NCBI GenBank assembly: GCA_017460395.1
Contig: JAFUBA010000007.1
Span: 7,652 to 71,651 of the forward strand
Source of the DNA: Clostridia bacterium
GTDB lineage: Bacteria > Bacillota > Clostridia > Christensenellales > Aristaeellaceae
DNA: 64,000 nt
Reading direction: 5' to 3'
Part shown: piece by piece, positions 49,609 to 58,921 of the stretch
Position numbering within the stretch: the first letter of the stretch is position 1
Layout: each line of letters begins with the position of its first letter
Translations under genes and position numbers: made by a program
Notes under the pieces: generated by a model
Database searches by the model: none
What the model saw: only the letters and a program-made list of their open reading frames with translations
Told to the model about the DNA's origin: nothing

Positions 49609-50361
49609 CTATCTTCTTTCGTCTCCGAAGCCGGCCTTTTTCATTTCCTGTTCCAGGAACGGGGTCAGAAGGGCATCGTTGGCGGCATAGGCCGCACGGT
49701 AGTACAGTATGCAGCTCAGAACTGCCACCAGAAACATCCAGAAGGACATCTCATAGAAGCCGCGCATCAGGTACTGTACCACGAAGCTCATGGACACAAA
49801 CAGGATGAGACCTGTGCGCCTGGAGATCCTGTAGAGCATCATCACCGCGGCACGGCAGTTTCTCTCCTGCATCATCTCCTTTTCCAGGCTGCTGTCCTGA
49901 TCAGGCCGGATGTGCAGAAGGGAGAGAGCCACCTTGCAGTAGCGGTCCCAGAGCCGATAGCGGAAGGATGTTCTGACAGCGGTCAGCCACTCATGAAAGA
50001 GCACGAGCAGTACCGCACCGATCCCCACTGCCGCCATGGCGTCCGCGGACGGGTTCTCAAAGAGCCCGAAGACCAATACCTCAAAGAGGATGATCAGCAG
50101 CGGCATAAAAAGATATCTCGGAATGGTCATGGCAGAGAGCCTGCCAAGCTCCCGGTTCAGATGCTGCGGCAGGGCCTCCTCGGCCTTTGTCTCTGCCGCC
50201 TCTGCCAGAGTAAACTCCTGCCCGCCCAGCAGCTCTCTGTGAATCTGCCTGCTCTTTTCCCGGCAGACGTTCCGCAGGCGTTCGGAGGCAAAAAGGTCCT
50301 CCAGATGCTCGATCTCCCGGATCGCATAGTCCTTGCCAATTTCTCGCGTTTCGATCTTCAC
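49609..50361 (-). CDS. Membrane protein of unknown function
   Basis: Soluble N-terminal 75 aa followed by about five hydrophobic helices. Starts 46 nt downstream of the MBL gene on the same strand. Confidence 0.5.
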   Translation of the reverse strand: MKIETREIGKDYAIREIEHLEDLFASERLRNVCREKSRQIHRELLGGQEFTLAEAAETKAEEALPQHLNRELGRLSAMTIPRYLFMPLLIILFEVLVFGLFENPSADAMAAVGIGAVLLVLFHEWLTAVRTSFRYRLWDRYCKVALSLLHIRPDQDSSLEKEMMQERNCRAAVMMLYRISRRTGLILFVSMSFVVQYLMRGFYEMSFWMFLVAVLSCILYYRAAYAANDALLTPFLEQEMKKAGFGDERR

Positions 50362-50407
50362 GTGTTTCTCCTGTTATGTCTGTCTAATCCTTGTATTCAG
50401 AATGTCT

Positions 50408-51475
50408 CTAGGGGTGGCAGATCCCGCAGGGGACATAGCCGAGGGCCACCGCGTCCTCCCGGGATTCAAAGAACACCTTGTTCTTATCCAACATCGTGCT
50501 GACACCCGTGCAGCCCGGCAGATGAAATTTCCGGCTGCTTGCATTGCCAATGTAGGCATACTCCACATCACTCTGCTCCGGCATGCCGCGAACCACAGTC
50601 TTCTCCTCCGTCTGCCGCTTCTCATCCGGCGGCGCCTGTCGCTTCGATGTGAAGCTCCACGCATTTCCATCATAGATGCCGTGGATCGTCCCCTGCAGAT
50701 CTGTCCGAAGCACCGAGACATTGTGCTCCCAAAGGCGCTGCAAAACCGCCGCATCCGGATGTCCGTAGGGGTTCAGGGCGCCGCAGGAGATCACCGCATA
50801 TTCCGGTCCTGCCGCCTCCAGAAAGCGCTCACCCGTGCTCGTCCCGCTCCCATGGTGCCCGGCCTTCAGCACGTCCGCGCGAAGTTCCTGTCCGGAGGAC
50901 AGAAGGCTCTCTTCCTCCTCCATCTCCGCATCTGCGCACAGAAGCACAGCCGTATCACCCGCACTCACCCGCAGGATGACGGAGAGGTTGTTGACCTTGC
51001 TCATGGGATAGATGGGTGCCAGGAATGTGACCGTCGCATCCCCGAGCGGGAGGGTATTCCCGGATGCGGGGAAGGTGAAAAACAAATTTTTCTTTCTCAT
51101 CTGCCGGACAAGGTTCTGGAACCCCTCGTCCTCCGCATACCAGATGGGGCTGAAGATCATCCCGGCATCACAGGCATTCACCGCAGCTGCAAGACCGCCC
51201 ACGTGGTCCGAGTGGGGATGGGTCGCCACGATGTAGTCAAGGTATTCCAGACCCATGGTGTCCCGGAGAAAGCTGTAGATAAACTGACTGCTTTCCGGGC
51301 CTCCCCCGTCCACCAGCATCGCATGTCCCCCGGACAGAACCAGCGTCGCATCCCCCTGGCCCACATCCAGAAAGTACACCTCCAGAAGCTCCTGGGAAAG
51401 AGAGCTCACCGGCAAAAGCAGGAGGCACAGAAGACAGACACATACACACATGGTCCTTTTCAGCATTCGTCCCAT
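50408..51475 (-). CDS. Secreted MBL-fold (ComEC C-terminal-like) hydrolase with a C-terminal Ada-like His-Cys3 zinc module
   Basis: Signal sequence MLKRTMCVCVCLLCLLLLPVSSLS. MBL motifs YFLDVGQGDATLV and IVATHPHSDHVGG. C-terminus is SSRKFHLPGC...NKVFFESREDAVALGYVPCGICHP. GGAGG lies 5 nt upstream of the ATG at 51475. Confidence 0.8.
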   Translation of the reverse strand: MGRMLKRTMCVCVCLLCLLLLPVSSLSQELLEVYFLDVGQGDATLVLSGGHAMLVDGGGPESSQFIYSFLRDTMGLEYLDYIVATHPHSDHVGGLAAAVNACDAGMIFSPIWYAEDEGFQNLVRQMRKKNLFFTFPASGNTLPLGDATVTFLAPIYPMSKVNNLSVILRVSAGDTAVLLCADAEMEEEESLLSSGQELRADVLKAGHHGSGTSTGERFLEAAGPEYAVISCGALNPYGHPDAAVLQRLWEHNVSVLRTDLQGTIHGIYDGNAWSFTSKRQAPPDEKRQTEEKTVVRGMPEQSDVEYAYIGNASSRKFHLPGCTGVSTMLDKNKVFFESREDAVALGYVPCGICHP

Positions 51476-51508
51476 ACGCGCCTCCCCCTCTCCTTCACAG
51501 TTGCCTCG

Positions 51509-51547
51509 TTTGCGCTTCCATTTGCGCTTCCATTTGCACATCTTCCA
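51509..51547. repeat. Short tandem repeat in the MBL gene leader
   Basis: TTTGCGCTTCCA occurs twice (51509-51520 and 51521-51532), followed by a degenerate third unit TTTGCACATCTTCCA. Confidence 0.7.
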
Positions 51548-51575
51548 TTATACGCTGAAACCTTCCCCGCGCCAA
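51547..51575 (-). promoter_or_regulatory. Candidate promoter of the MBL-membrane protein operon
   Basis: Minus strand reads TTGGCG (51575-51570), 17-nt spacer, TATAAT (51552-51547). Confidence 0.5.
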
Positions 51576-51582
51576 ATGCATT

Positions 51583-51611
51583 CAGGACAGCCCGAAGCCG
51601 GACTGTCCTGT
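51583..51611. terminator. Hairpin downstream of the GH2 gene (possible terminator)
   Basis: CAGGACAG / CTGTCCTG 8-bp stem. The U-tract is weak. Confidence 0.4.
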
Positions 51612-51628
51612 CGATGACCATATGTGTT

Positions 51629-53413
51629 TTATCTTCCCTCCGGGTTCCGGTTGATCTCCGCCACCCGCTCCGGGGAAACCTTGGGTTTTCTGTCCGGTGT
51701 CAGCAGGCCGTTGATCTCCTGCATGACGTCAGTCAGCTGGGTATAACAGTAGCCCTGGCAGTAGGGGAGCGACCGGATTGCATCCGTGACCGACCGGTAC
51801 CGTTCAAAGAATTCCTCCTCGTTCTGTACCTTGTCATGGTAGCCCCACGACTCCATACCGCCGGCATCCCCCTGCAGGCCAATGCTGGAGAAGGCGATGC
51901 CACCATACTCGGTCACCATGAAGGCCGTGTCCTTTCCGGAGTGGAAGCCGGGCACATAAGCCTGCCGCACATCGCAGCCCTCCCGTTCGGTCGCTTCGCG
52001 GTCCGAAAAGTGCCGCTCCATGTCTTCTCCCCTGTCCGCATAGTCGTGGAGAGCACAGATGTCTGTCTCACACTGCTCCCAGCCGTCGTTCCCGGACACG
52101 AGGCGCGTCGGATCCAGGGCCTTGCACAGGTGAAAAAGCATCCTCGATGCGTGCTGCTCATCCGATCGCTCCGTGATTTCCCCCACGCCCCAGCTCTCAT
52201 TGAGCGGCACCCATGCAATGATCGACGGATGGTTGTAATCGCGGAGGATAAAGTCCCGGAGGGTGTCCGAGAGAGCCGTGACGGTCTCCCGCTCAAACTG
52301 GTAGGCGCTTGGGACTTCTCCCCAGACCATGACGCCCAGCACGTCTGCCCAGAAGTAGAACCTCGGATCCTCCATCTTCTGGTGCTTTCGCACCGCGTTG
52401 TATCCGAACTTCTTCGTCCAGAGCAGATCCTCCTTCAGGGCGTCCCCGGAGGGCGGCGTCAGAAGCGTGTCCGGCCAGTAGCCCTGGTCGAGGATCATGC
52501 GAAGATAAGTCCTGGAGCCGTTGAGACGGATCAGCCCGTTCCGCACCTCCACCTCCCGCATGCCGAAGTAGGTTTGCACACGGTCATATTCCGCAGGCGA
52601 ACGGCCATACATCATGAGCTCCATTTCCACATCATAGAGCTCCGGATGCTCAGGGCTCCAGAGGTGCACATACCCTTCCTGGCGGAGGTCCAGCGTGACG
52701 TGGGTGATTCGTTCCCGAATGTCCACCTTCACTGAAGTGGCCCCCTCGCCACCGCAGGTTACATGCACGGTCAGGGAGGTCCATTCCTCCGGTGCCTTCG
52801 CGAGGGTCACATCCATGCCGCACCGCCCGTTTGGCACGTCCGGAGTGAAGTGCACCGACAGAATACGGTTGTACGCTGTTGACTCCAGCCACACACTCTG
52901 CCAGATGCCGGAGGAGGGTGTGTACCAGCAGCCCATGAGTCCGCGTTTCCAGTACTGCTTGCCGCGGGGGCGGGTTCTGCATGGCCGGTCCTCCACGCGA
53001 AGACAGATCTCTGTTTTGCTCCCCCTGAGCCAGGGCGTTATGTCCACCTCGAAGGGGGCATACCCGCCCGTATGCTCTGTGACCATCTGCCCGTTCACAA
53101 AGACGCGGGCCACATCGTCCACGGCCCCGAAGTGTAAGATCAGGTGCTCGCCCGGGAGCATCCTCGGCATGTCAATCAGATACTTATACCAGATGATCGG
53201 GTGAATCTCGTCCGTAGGCCCGATACCGCTCTCGCGGCACTGGTAGACATACGGCACCTGGATGGTCCGGTCAAGCTCATACCCTTTTCGGTACCACTTT
53301 TCCCGCATACCACGGTCCTTATCGTCGAAGGCAAACTGCCATGTCCCGTCAAGCCTCCTGAACGGCCGCCTCATGTCCGGCCTCGGGTACCCTGCAGCCT
53401 TCTGTATATCCAT
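51629..53413 (-). CDS. GH2-family glycosidase (beta-galactosidase/beta-glucuronidase-like)
   Basis: NHPSIIAWVPLNESWG (acid/base) and FMVTEYGG (nucleophile). No signal peptide. Confidence 0.8.
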   Translation of the reverse strand: MDIQKAAGYPRPDMRRPFRRLDGTWQFAFDDKDRGMREKWYRKGYELDRTIQVPYVYQCRESGIGPTDEIHPIIWYKYLIDMPRMLPGEHLILHFGAVDDVARVFVNGQMVTEHTGGYAPFEVDITPWLRGSKTEICLRVEDRPCRTRPRGKQYWKRGLMGCWYTPSSGIWQSVWLESTAYNRILSVHFTPDVPNGRCGMDVTLAKAPEEWTSLTVHVTCGGEGATSVKVDIRERITHVTLDLRQEGYVHLWSPEHPELYDVEMELMMYGRSPAEYDRVQTYFGMREVEVRNGLIRLNGSRTYLRMILDQGYWPDTLLTPPSGDALKEDLLWTKKFGYNAVRKHQKMEDPRFYFWADVLGVMVWGEVPSAYQFERETVTALSDTLRDFILRDYNHPSIIAWVPLNESWGVGEITERSDEQHASRMLFHLCKALDPTRLVSGNDGWEQCETDICALHDYADRGEDMERHFSDREATEREGCDVRQAYVPGFHSGKDTAFMVTEYGGIAFSSIGLQGDAGGMESWGYHDKVQNEEEFFERYRSVTDAIRSLPYCQGYCYTQLTDVMQEINGLLTPDRKPKVSPERVAEINRNPEGR

Positions 53414-53429
53414 CCTGCTCCCGCCTTTC

Positions 53430-54155
53430 TTACGCTTTTGCCGCCACCTTCAGTGCGATCTCCATCATCTCATGGAAGCTGTCCTGCCGCTGCACGGCAT
53501 CCAGGGATTCCCCGGTGAAGATATGATCCGAGATGGTCAGGATCGACAGCGCCTTTTTATGGTGCGCCATGGCCTGCAGATACAGCCCTGCCGTCTCCAT
53601 CTCGACCGCGAGAAGGCCCATCTCCCGCGCCTTCAGGTTCACATCTTTGTCCGGATGGTAGAAAAAATCCGAGGTGTACACGCTCCCGACGTCCGCGTGC
53701 ACGCCCATCTTCTCCGCCTCCTCCACGGCCCGCCGCAGCATCCCGAAATCCGCCGTGGGAGCAGGATAACCGGGAAGATCGTAGGCTGTCATGAAGGAGG
53801 AGTTGGTGGAGGCAGACATGGCGAGCACCACGTCCCGCACGTGCACATCGTCCTGCAGGCCGCCGGCGGACCCCACCCGGATCACCGACTCCACACCAAA
53901 GAAGCTGAAGAGCTCATGGACATAGAGGCCCAGGGACGGAACGCCCATGCCGCTGCCCATGACGGACACTTCCTGTCCCTGGTACAGCCCCGTGTAGCCC
54001 AGCATGTTCCTGACATCATTGAAGAGCACGGGCTTTTCCAGATAGTGCTCCGCAATATACTTTGCCCGCAGGGGATCACCGGGCATCAGGACGCAGCGGG
54101 CCACATGCGTGCCTTCCTTGAGTTCAATGCATGCAGAAGGGGACAGTTTCATCAT
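53430..54155 (-). CDS. deoD: DeoD-type purine nucleoside phosphorylase
   Basis: [18 protein letters not shown] and [12 protein letters not shown] closely parallel E. coli DeoD. GGGAGG lies 7 nt upstream. The start overlaps the mtnA stop. Confidence 0.85.
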   Translation of the reverse strand: MMKLSPSACIELKEGTHVARCVLMPGDPLRAKYIAEHYLEKPVLFNDVRNMLGYTGLYQGQEVSVMGSGMGVPSLGLYVHELFSFFGVESVIRVGSAGGLQDDVHVRDVVLAMSASTNSSFMTAYDLPGYPAPTADFGMLRRAVEEAEKMGVHADVGSVYTSDFFYHPDKDVNLKAREMGLLAVEMETAGLYLQAMAHHKKALSILTISDHIFTGESLDAVQRQDSFHEMMEIALKVAAKA

Positions 54156-55264
54156 CTTGATTCCTCCCTGCCGGATGTTTCCCGGCACAGTCTTTTCAGG
54201 TTCACGTCAAAGGGCGGGTATACGATACCCCGGTCCGTCACAATCGCGGTCACAAGGCTGTGGTCCGTGACATCAAAGGCGGGGTTGTAGCAAGGCACGC
54301 CTTCGGGCGCCATGGGAATTTCGTACCACATACGCCTGATTTCCTCGCCGTCCCGCTCCTCGATCCGAATCGCATGCCCGTCCGGGCACGCCATGTCAAT
54401 GGTGGACATAGGCCCGAGGGTGTAGAAAGGGATGCCGTAATGCTTTGCCAGGATCGCCACGCCGCTGGTACCGATCTTATTGGCAAAATCGCCGTTGGCC
54501 GCAATCCGGTCGCACCCCACAAAGCAGGCCTGGATCTTCCCCTGGCGCATCACGAGGGACGCCATGTTGTCGCAGATGAGGGTCACGTCCACGCCGGCCC
54601 TGTGAAGCTCCCAGGCTGTGAGCCGCGCCCCCTGTAGGAGCGGCCTTGTCTCGTCCGCATATACATGAAAGCGCATGCCCCGCTCATGTCCCAGCAGCAT
54701 GGGACCGATTGCGGTCCCGTAGCGGCTGGTGGCCAGGGGCCCTGCATTGCAGTGGGTCAGGATCCCGTCCCCGTCCCTGAGGAGGGTCAGGCCGAACTCG
54801 GAGATCCTGCGGCACATCTCCATGTCCTCGTCATGGATGGCGATGCTCTCGCGCAGGAGTGCCTCCGTGATCTCCTCATCCGTCATCTCCGGATGCGAAG
54901 AGATGACCCTCAGCATCCTTTCGACTGCCCAGGGGAGATTCACGGCCGTCGGGCGGCAGGAGATGAGGTAGGCCCCGTGTTTTTCCATTCTCTCCCGAAA
55001 CCCGGGTTTCCCGGCCTCCTGTTTGGCCAGCACATACATGCAGTATCCCGCGAAGATCCCGATGGCCGGTGCCCCGCGCACGGCGAGCGTACGGATGGCT
55101 CCATACATCTCCTCCGCCGTCCCCGGCCGGAGGTACACTTCCCTCCCCGGAAGCTGTGTCTGGTCCAGGATTTCCAGCTGTCCGTCCTCTGTCAGATGGA
55201 CGGAGCACATACGCCGCATTTCATCCTGCGAAATCCCCATGCTGAACATATTTGTACGTTCCAT
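54152..55264 (-). CDS. mtnA: S-methyl-5-thioribose-1-phosphate isomerase
   Basis: [14 protein letters not shown] and [16 protein letters not shown] are typical of the MtnA/eIF2B family. GGAGG lies 5 nt upstream of the ATG at 55264. Confidence 0.8.
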   Translation of the reverse strand: MERTNMFSMGISQDEMRRMCSVHLTEDGQLEILDQTQLPGREVYLRPGTAEEMYGAIRTLAVRGAPAIGIFAGYCMYVLAKQEAGKPGFRERMEKHGAYLISCRPTAVNLPWAVERMLRVISSHPEMTDEEITEALLRESIAIHDEDMEMCRRISEFGLTLLRDGDGILTHCNAGPLATSRYGTAIGPMLLGHERGMRFHVYADETRPLLQGARLTAWELHRAGVDVTLICDNMASLVMRQGKIQACFVGCDRIAANGDFANKIGTSGVAILAKHYGIPFYTLGPMSTIDMACPDGHAIRIEERDGEEIRRMWYEIPMAPEGVPCYNPAFDVTDHSLVTAIVTDRGIVYPPFDVNLKRLCRETSGREESR

Positions 55265-55289
55265 ATCTGCCTCCGCTGTCTTTGCCGGG

Positions 55290-55318
55290 ATTATACCACA
55301 GGGAGATGCGGGGCACAA
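55290..55318 (-). promoter_or_regulatory. Candidate promoter of mtnA-deoD
   Basis: Minus strand reads TTGTGC (55318-55313), 17-nt spacer, TATAAT (55295-55290), with TG two nt upstream of the -10 element. Confidence 0.5.
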
Positions 55319-55409
55319 AATGCATATCACCGCTTGCCCGAATCAGCCGGGCATGGTAGGCTATCACCGTGCACTCATCAATAAGCCACATTCAGGGAGG
55401 ATGATCCTT

Positions 55410-56693
55410 ATGCCCAAAATCAAAGACCCGGGTGTCCGCTACATGCAGTCCCTTGGTATCCGTCCCGTGTACGGCACCGAGAACCTTCAGCGGGAGATGG
55501 AGCGCCGCTTCGGGCGTGACCGCTATGCAGCCTATGCCAGAAAAATCAATGCCCTGGCCCAGCAGCCGGTGCCGGATGTGAGGGGCATGTGGGAAAAACG
55601 GTTTGAGGAGCCGGACATGTGCCATGCACTGCTGTGCATGCAGCACGCCGTGGACTACCGGCAGATCTGCAATTACATCTCGCAGCACCGGGATGAACTC
55701 GGAAAGCGGATCCTCGTGGCCGGCTGCTGCCATGGCGTCATCGCTGCCTTCCTCGCCCAGACGCTGCCGGAGAGCGAGATCGTCGCCATTGACCGTCTGC
55801 CCGCCGCCGTCCGGTTTGCGAAGGAGTTTGCGGAAAACCGCGGAGTCCTCAACATCTCATTCCTTGAAGGGGAGCTTTCGGATCTTCCATCTCTCCTGCC
55901 GGGAGACGCGACCTTTGACAGCGTGCTCGCCTATGATCTCATCAGCGAAAACCGTGAGGGCGACCCGCCGGACTATGCCCCCATGTCCAGATTTCTTGAA
56001 ATCCTGCCCCTGTGGAGGCCAAAGTTTGCGGGACTGGCAAGAGCCCTCACGCAGGTGCTTCGGCCGGACGGCATCCTCATGTGCTTTGAGGAAATCTTCC
56101 GGGACCCCGCCCTTCTGGGCTATATGCATGCCCTGGACGACTGCGGATGGCGCATAGATCCGGACAGCTATGAGGCGCTCGAAAACCCGGAGGCTGAAAA
56201 GAGAGCTTCCGAGCAGGAGCTCGCAACCCACTGCTTCGTCGTGAACGCCTGGCTTGCACGGCCCGCCGCTTCGCTCCCCATCCCGGACCAGTGCCAGCAG
56301 ATGGATGACCCGTTCCTGACCTGTTTCGTCACGAACCTCTATGACCGGGGCATCTTCCCCGGTGCGAGAAACGGTGCGCCGTCCGTCTTTGAGGGCTGGG
56401 ACGCCAAGCTGATCGGCGATGGTTTGGTGAAGGATGCCCAGAAGTGGGTCGTGGAAGATCCCTCCGGACAGGAAATCACTGTCTTCTATACACAGCTGGG
56501 AGAGCCTGAGCCTGCTCCGGACAGCCCTGAGCTTTCGCTCTTTCTTCTCTGCCAGCTCGCCATGTACAGTCATACCGCCATGTTCATCGTCACGCCCATG
56601 CCCGCAAAGGACCGCACGCAGGCACTGAGCATCGTGGAGGAAAGCATCCGGTCCCAGGCCGCGCCAAAGGGCGGCACGCTGAGAAAATGTTAA
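55410..56693 (+). CDS. Class I SAM-dependent methyltransferase-like protein with a C-terminal extension
   Basis: RILVAGCCHGVIAAFLAQ...IVAIDR resembles the motif I/II region. ATG at 55410 lies 9 nt after GGAGG. Confidence 0.5.
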   Translation: MPKIKDPGVRYMQSLGIRPVYGTENLQREMERRFGRDRYAAYARKINALAQQPVPDVRGMWEKRFEEPDMCHALLCMQHAVDYRQICNYISQHRDELGKRILVAGCCHGVIAAFLAQTLPESEIVAIDRLPAAVRFAKEFAENRGVLNISFLEGELSDLPSLLPGDATFDSVLAYDLISENREGDPPDYAPMSRFLEILPLWRPKFAGLARALTQVLRPDGILMCFEEIFRDPALLGYMHALDDCGWRIDPDSYEALENPEAEKRASEQELATHCFVVNAWLARPAASLPIPDQCQQMDDPFLTCFVTNLYDRGIFPGARNGAPSVFEGWDAKLIGDGLVKDAQKWVVEDPSGQEITVFYTQLGEPEPAPDSPELSLFLLCQLAMYSHTAMFIVTPMPAKDRTQALSIVEESIRSQAAPKGGTLRKC

Positions 56694-56703
56694 GCGGCTT
56701 TTT

Positions 56704-56738
56704 GAAAAGTCCAGACACATCATGTGTCTGGACTTTTC
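56704..56738. terminator. Bidirectional intrinsic terminator
   Basis: Near-perfect 17-bp palindrome GAAAAGTCCAGACACAT / ATGTGTCTGGACTTTTC. Confidence 0.8.
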
Positions 56739-56745
56739 ATTGACC

Positions 56746-57153
56746 TTAACCCCGGTGCTCGTTCACGGGCATGAGCGTCACGCCGCTGGATACATTGAGG
56801 TACACATTCCCCTCGTCTGTCTCACAGACATACACCTCACACAGTGAAATTTCCCCGTCCGCTCCCGTGACCCTGCACAGGTAACATGAGTGGAGCCCAT
56901 AGCCCTCCTGGTGAAGGGTGGCCAGGCGCATCAGGGGCTCGACCTCGCTGCCCTCAAAGACCGTGGAGTCGGCAATCAGGGTCTTCAGCGTCTGAAGGAC
57001 ATCGTCTGTGATCACGGCGCCGTCCGCATCCGTGTATACCCAGTTCTGATAGGCCACCACCTCTGTCTCCGCAAGGGCTGCCCCTGTGAGGCACATGAGA
57101 ACCAGCGCAAGTGCCAGCATGGTATTCAGGATCTGATGCATTGTCTTTTTCAT
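56746..57153 (-). CDS. Small secreted protein, unknown function
   Basis: Signal peptide MKKTMHQILNTMLALALVLMCLTGAALA. The mature part of about 105 aa contains four Cys. Confidence 0.5.
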   Translation of the reverse strand: MKKTMHQILNTMLALALVLMCLTGAALAETEVVAYQNWVYTDADGAVITDDVLQTLKTLIADSTVFEGSEVEPLMRLATLHQEGYGLHSCYLCRVTGADGEISLCEVYVCETDEGNVYLNVSSGVTLMPVNEHRG

Positions 57154-57192
57154 TTGATGATACCTCCCTGTCTGTGTTCCCTCCTGATGCCC

Positions 57193-58089
57193 TCAGGCGA
57201 TGCGCACGATCTGTTCGTAGAGCAGAAAGTGGTGGTCCATGAGGGAACGGTTATCGTGGTAGTGGCCGAAGAACCAGTCATGGTGGGGCAATTTCACCCG
57301 AACCTCCTCAAGAAATCCGTTCAGCTCGTCCTGTTCGGAAAAACCGAGAAAGACCTTGTCGGATGTTGGGCAGTCGTGGGTGAAGATGAAGTCCACCTGG
57401 TCGTGACTTTTGAGGAACTGCTGGATATTGTCTCTTGCCCTGTTCATCTCCTCCCCGGACGGCATCTCCTGGCGCCACCAGGAGGTCCCGAGCACGCGAA
57501 ACGAGCGGCGCATGTCCTGCCAGTCCCGGTAGCTTTCCTTGAAGACCTCCTCCGTCTCAAAGTCCACCGGGTTCAGAATCCCGTCCCCGATGTCGTGGCT
57601 GCGGGCACCGCCGAAGGCGAAGCAGGTCTTGTCCCCGAGCGTGAAGAATTCCCCTCGTTCAAGCATCAGCACCGAGGGGCGAAGCTGGCGGACATATCCC
57701 CCGTGCCAGAGAACCCTCGGGTAGCCCTGCCGGTATTTTTCCTTCTCCGCTTCGTCCATCCGCCGGAACATCCAGCCGCCGAGGAGGTCTTCGTCCTCGC
57801 AGCCCGTCAGCCGGTCATAATTCTCGTGGTTGCCGGGCACAAAAAGCGTCGTGAATGGCCGGCCCTCCAGCCAGTCCAGGTCGTGTTTCTCCGAGGGGAG
57901 TTCCTCGCACCTGTCCCGGTTCACCATCCATGCGCCGCCAAAGTCCCCCATGATCACCACAAAGTCGTCCTTGGTCAGGGTCTTCTGCTCGGGAAAGGCT
58001 GAAACCGACAGCCGCTGCATGTATCCGTCCACAGAATACATCCCGTGCCGCTGTGCGCCGTGTGTGTCCCCCGTCACATAGATCGCCAT
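57193..58089 (-). CDS. Metallophosphoesterase (cytoplasmic)
   Basis: MAIYVTGDTHG, VIMGDFGG and VPGNHENY. GGAGG lies 8 nt upstream of the ATG at 58089. Confidence 0.8.
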   Translation of the reverse strand: MAIYVTGDTHGAQRHGMYSVDGYMQRLSVSAFPEQKTLTKDDFVVIMGDFGGAWMVNRDRCEELPSEKHDLDWLEGRPFTTLFVPGNHENYDRLTGCEDEDLLGGWMFRRMDEAEKEKYRQGYPRVLWHGGYVRQLRPSVLMLERGEFFTLGDKTCFAFGGARSHDIGDGILNPVDFETEEVFKESYRDWQDMRRSFRVLGTSWWRQEMPSGEEMNRARDNIQQFLKSHDQVDFIFTHDCPTSDKVFLGFSEQDELNGFLEEVRVKLPHHDWFFGHYHDNRSLMDHHFLLYEQIVRIA

Positions 58090-58336
58090 TGCACTCACCT
58101 CCGCCTTTTCTTTGAAATGTGTGATCTGTAGTGCGTGAGTATACCAGAAAACATGCCGCGCCAAAAGGCTTTTTCCGGTTTTCAACCACGGGTTGAAAGC
58201 AGCCTGAAGCCCAAATCAGACAGCTGGGCAGATTTTCAAAAGACCTTGACATGCGGCCGCGCCCTTCATACCATGTGGAGGCGGTGGATGCTGCCACCGG
58301 AAATGAACACTAAACATTTAAGGAGCTGAAAAAGGC

Positions 58337-58921
58337 TTGAATCAACTGCTGGATCTGTACTGGACATTTGCCAAAATCGGCTGTGTCACCTTCGGCGGCG
58401 GCTACGCCATGCTGCCGATCCTGGAGCGGGAACTGGTGGACAAGCGGCAGTGGACCACGATGGATGAACTGAGGGATTACTTTTCCATCGGCCAGTGCAC
58501 GCCGGGCATCATCGCCCTGAACGTCTCCACCTTCATCGGAGAAAAGCGCAATGGCGTGAAGGGCGCCCTGGCCGCGACAACCGGGTTCCTCCTTGGACCC
58601 ATTATCATCATTCTCATCATTGCAGCCTTCCTCACAAACTTTGCCCAGCTGGAGGTGATCCAGCACGCCTTTGCAGGCATCCGTGTCTGCGTCTGCGTCC
58701 TGATCGTCCAGGCCGTGCTCCGGCTATGGAAAAAGTCCGTGGTCGACCCCTTCACCCTGGCACTCTATCTCTGCGTGTTCGCACTGAATGCCTTCTCCGA
58801 CCTTCTTCCCGTGAAGATTCCGGCTGCCGTGCTGGTGCTCCTGTCCGGCGCTGCCGGCATCCTCATGTCGCAGTTCAAAAACCGCAGGAATCTGAAAACT
58901 GAGGGAGGGAAAAAGGCATGA
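58337..58921 (+). CDS. chrA: Chromate transporter family protein (first half-size subunit)
   Basis: KIGCVTFGGGYAMLPILEREL. TTG start. Overlaps the next gene. Confidence 0.8.
   Translation: MNQLLDLYWTFAKIGCVTFGGGYAMLPILERELVDKRQWTTMDELRDYFSIGQCTPGIIALNVSTFIGEKRNGVKGALAATTGFLLGPIIIILIIAAFLTNFAQLEVIQHAFAGIRVCVCVLIVQAVLRLWKKSVVDPFTLALYLCVFALNAFSDLLPVKIPAAVLVLLSGAAGILMSQFKNRRNLKTEGGKKA

Noticed and set aside
50333-52735. 800-aa plus-strand ORF spanning the MBL gene, an intergenic region and the GH2 gene
   Set aside because: It crosses a promoter/terminator region and is antisense to two well-supported genes. Its composition is Arg/His/Pro-rich.
55265-55409. Possible SAM or T-box riboswitch upstream of mtnA
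   Set aside because: The divergent intergenic region is only about 145 nt, is occupied by a promoter and two RBSs, and lacks the conserved riboswitch cores I know.
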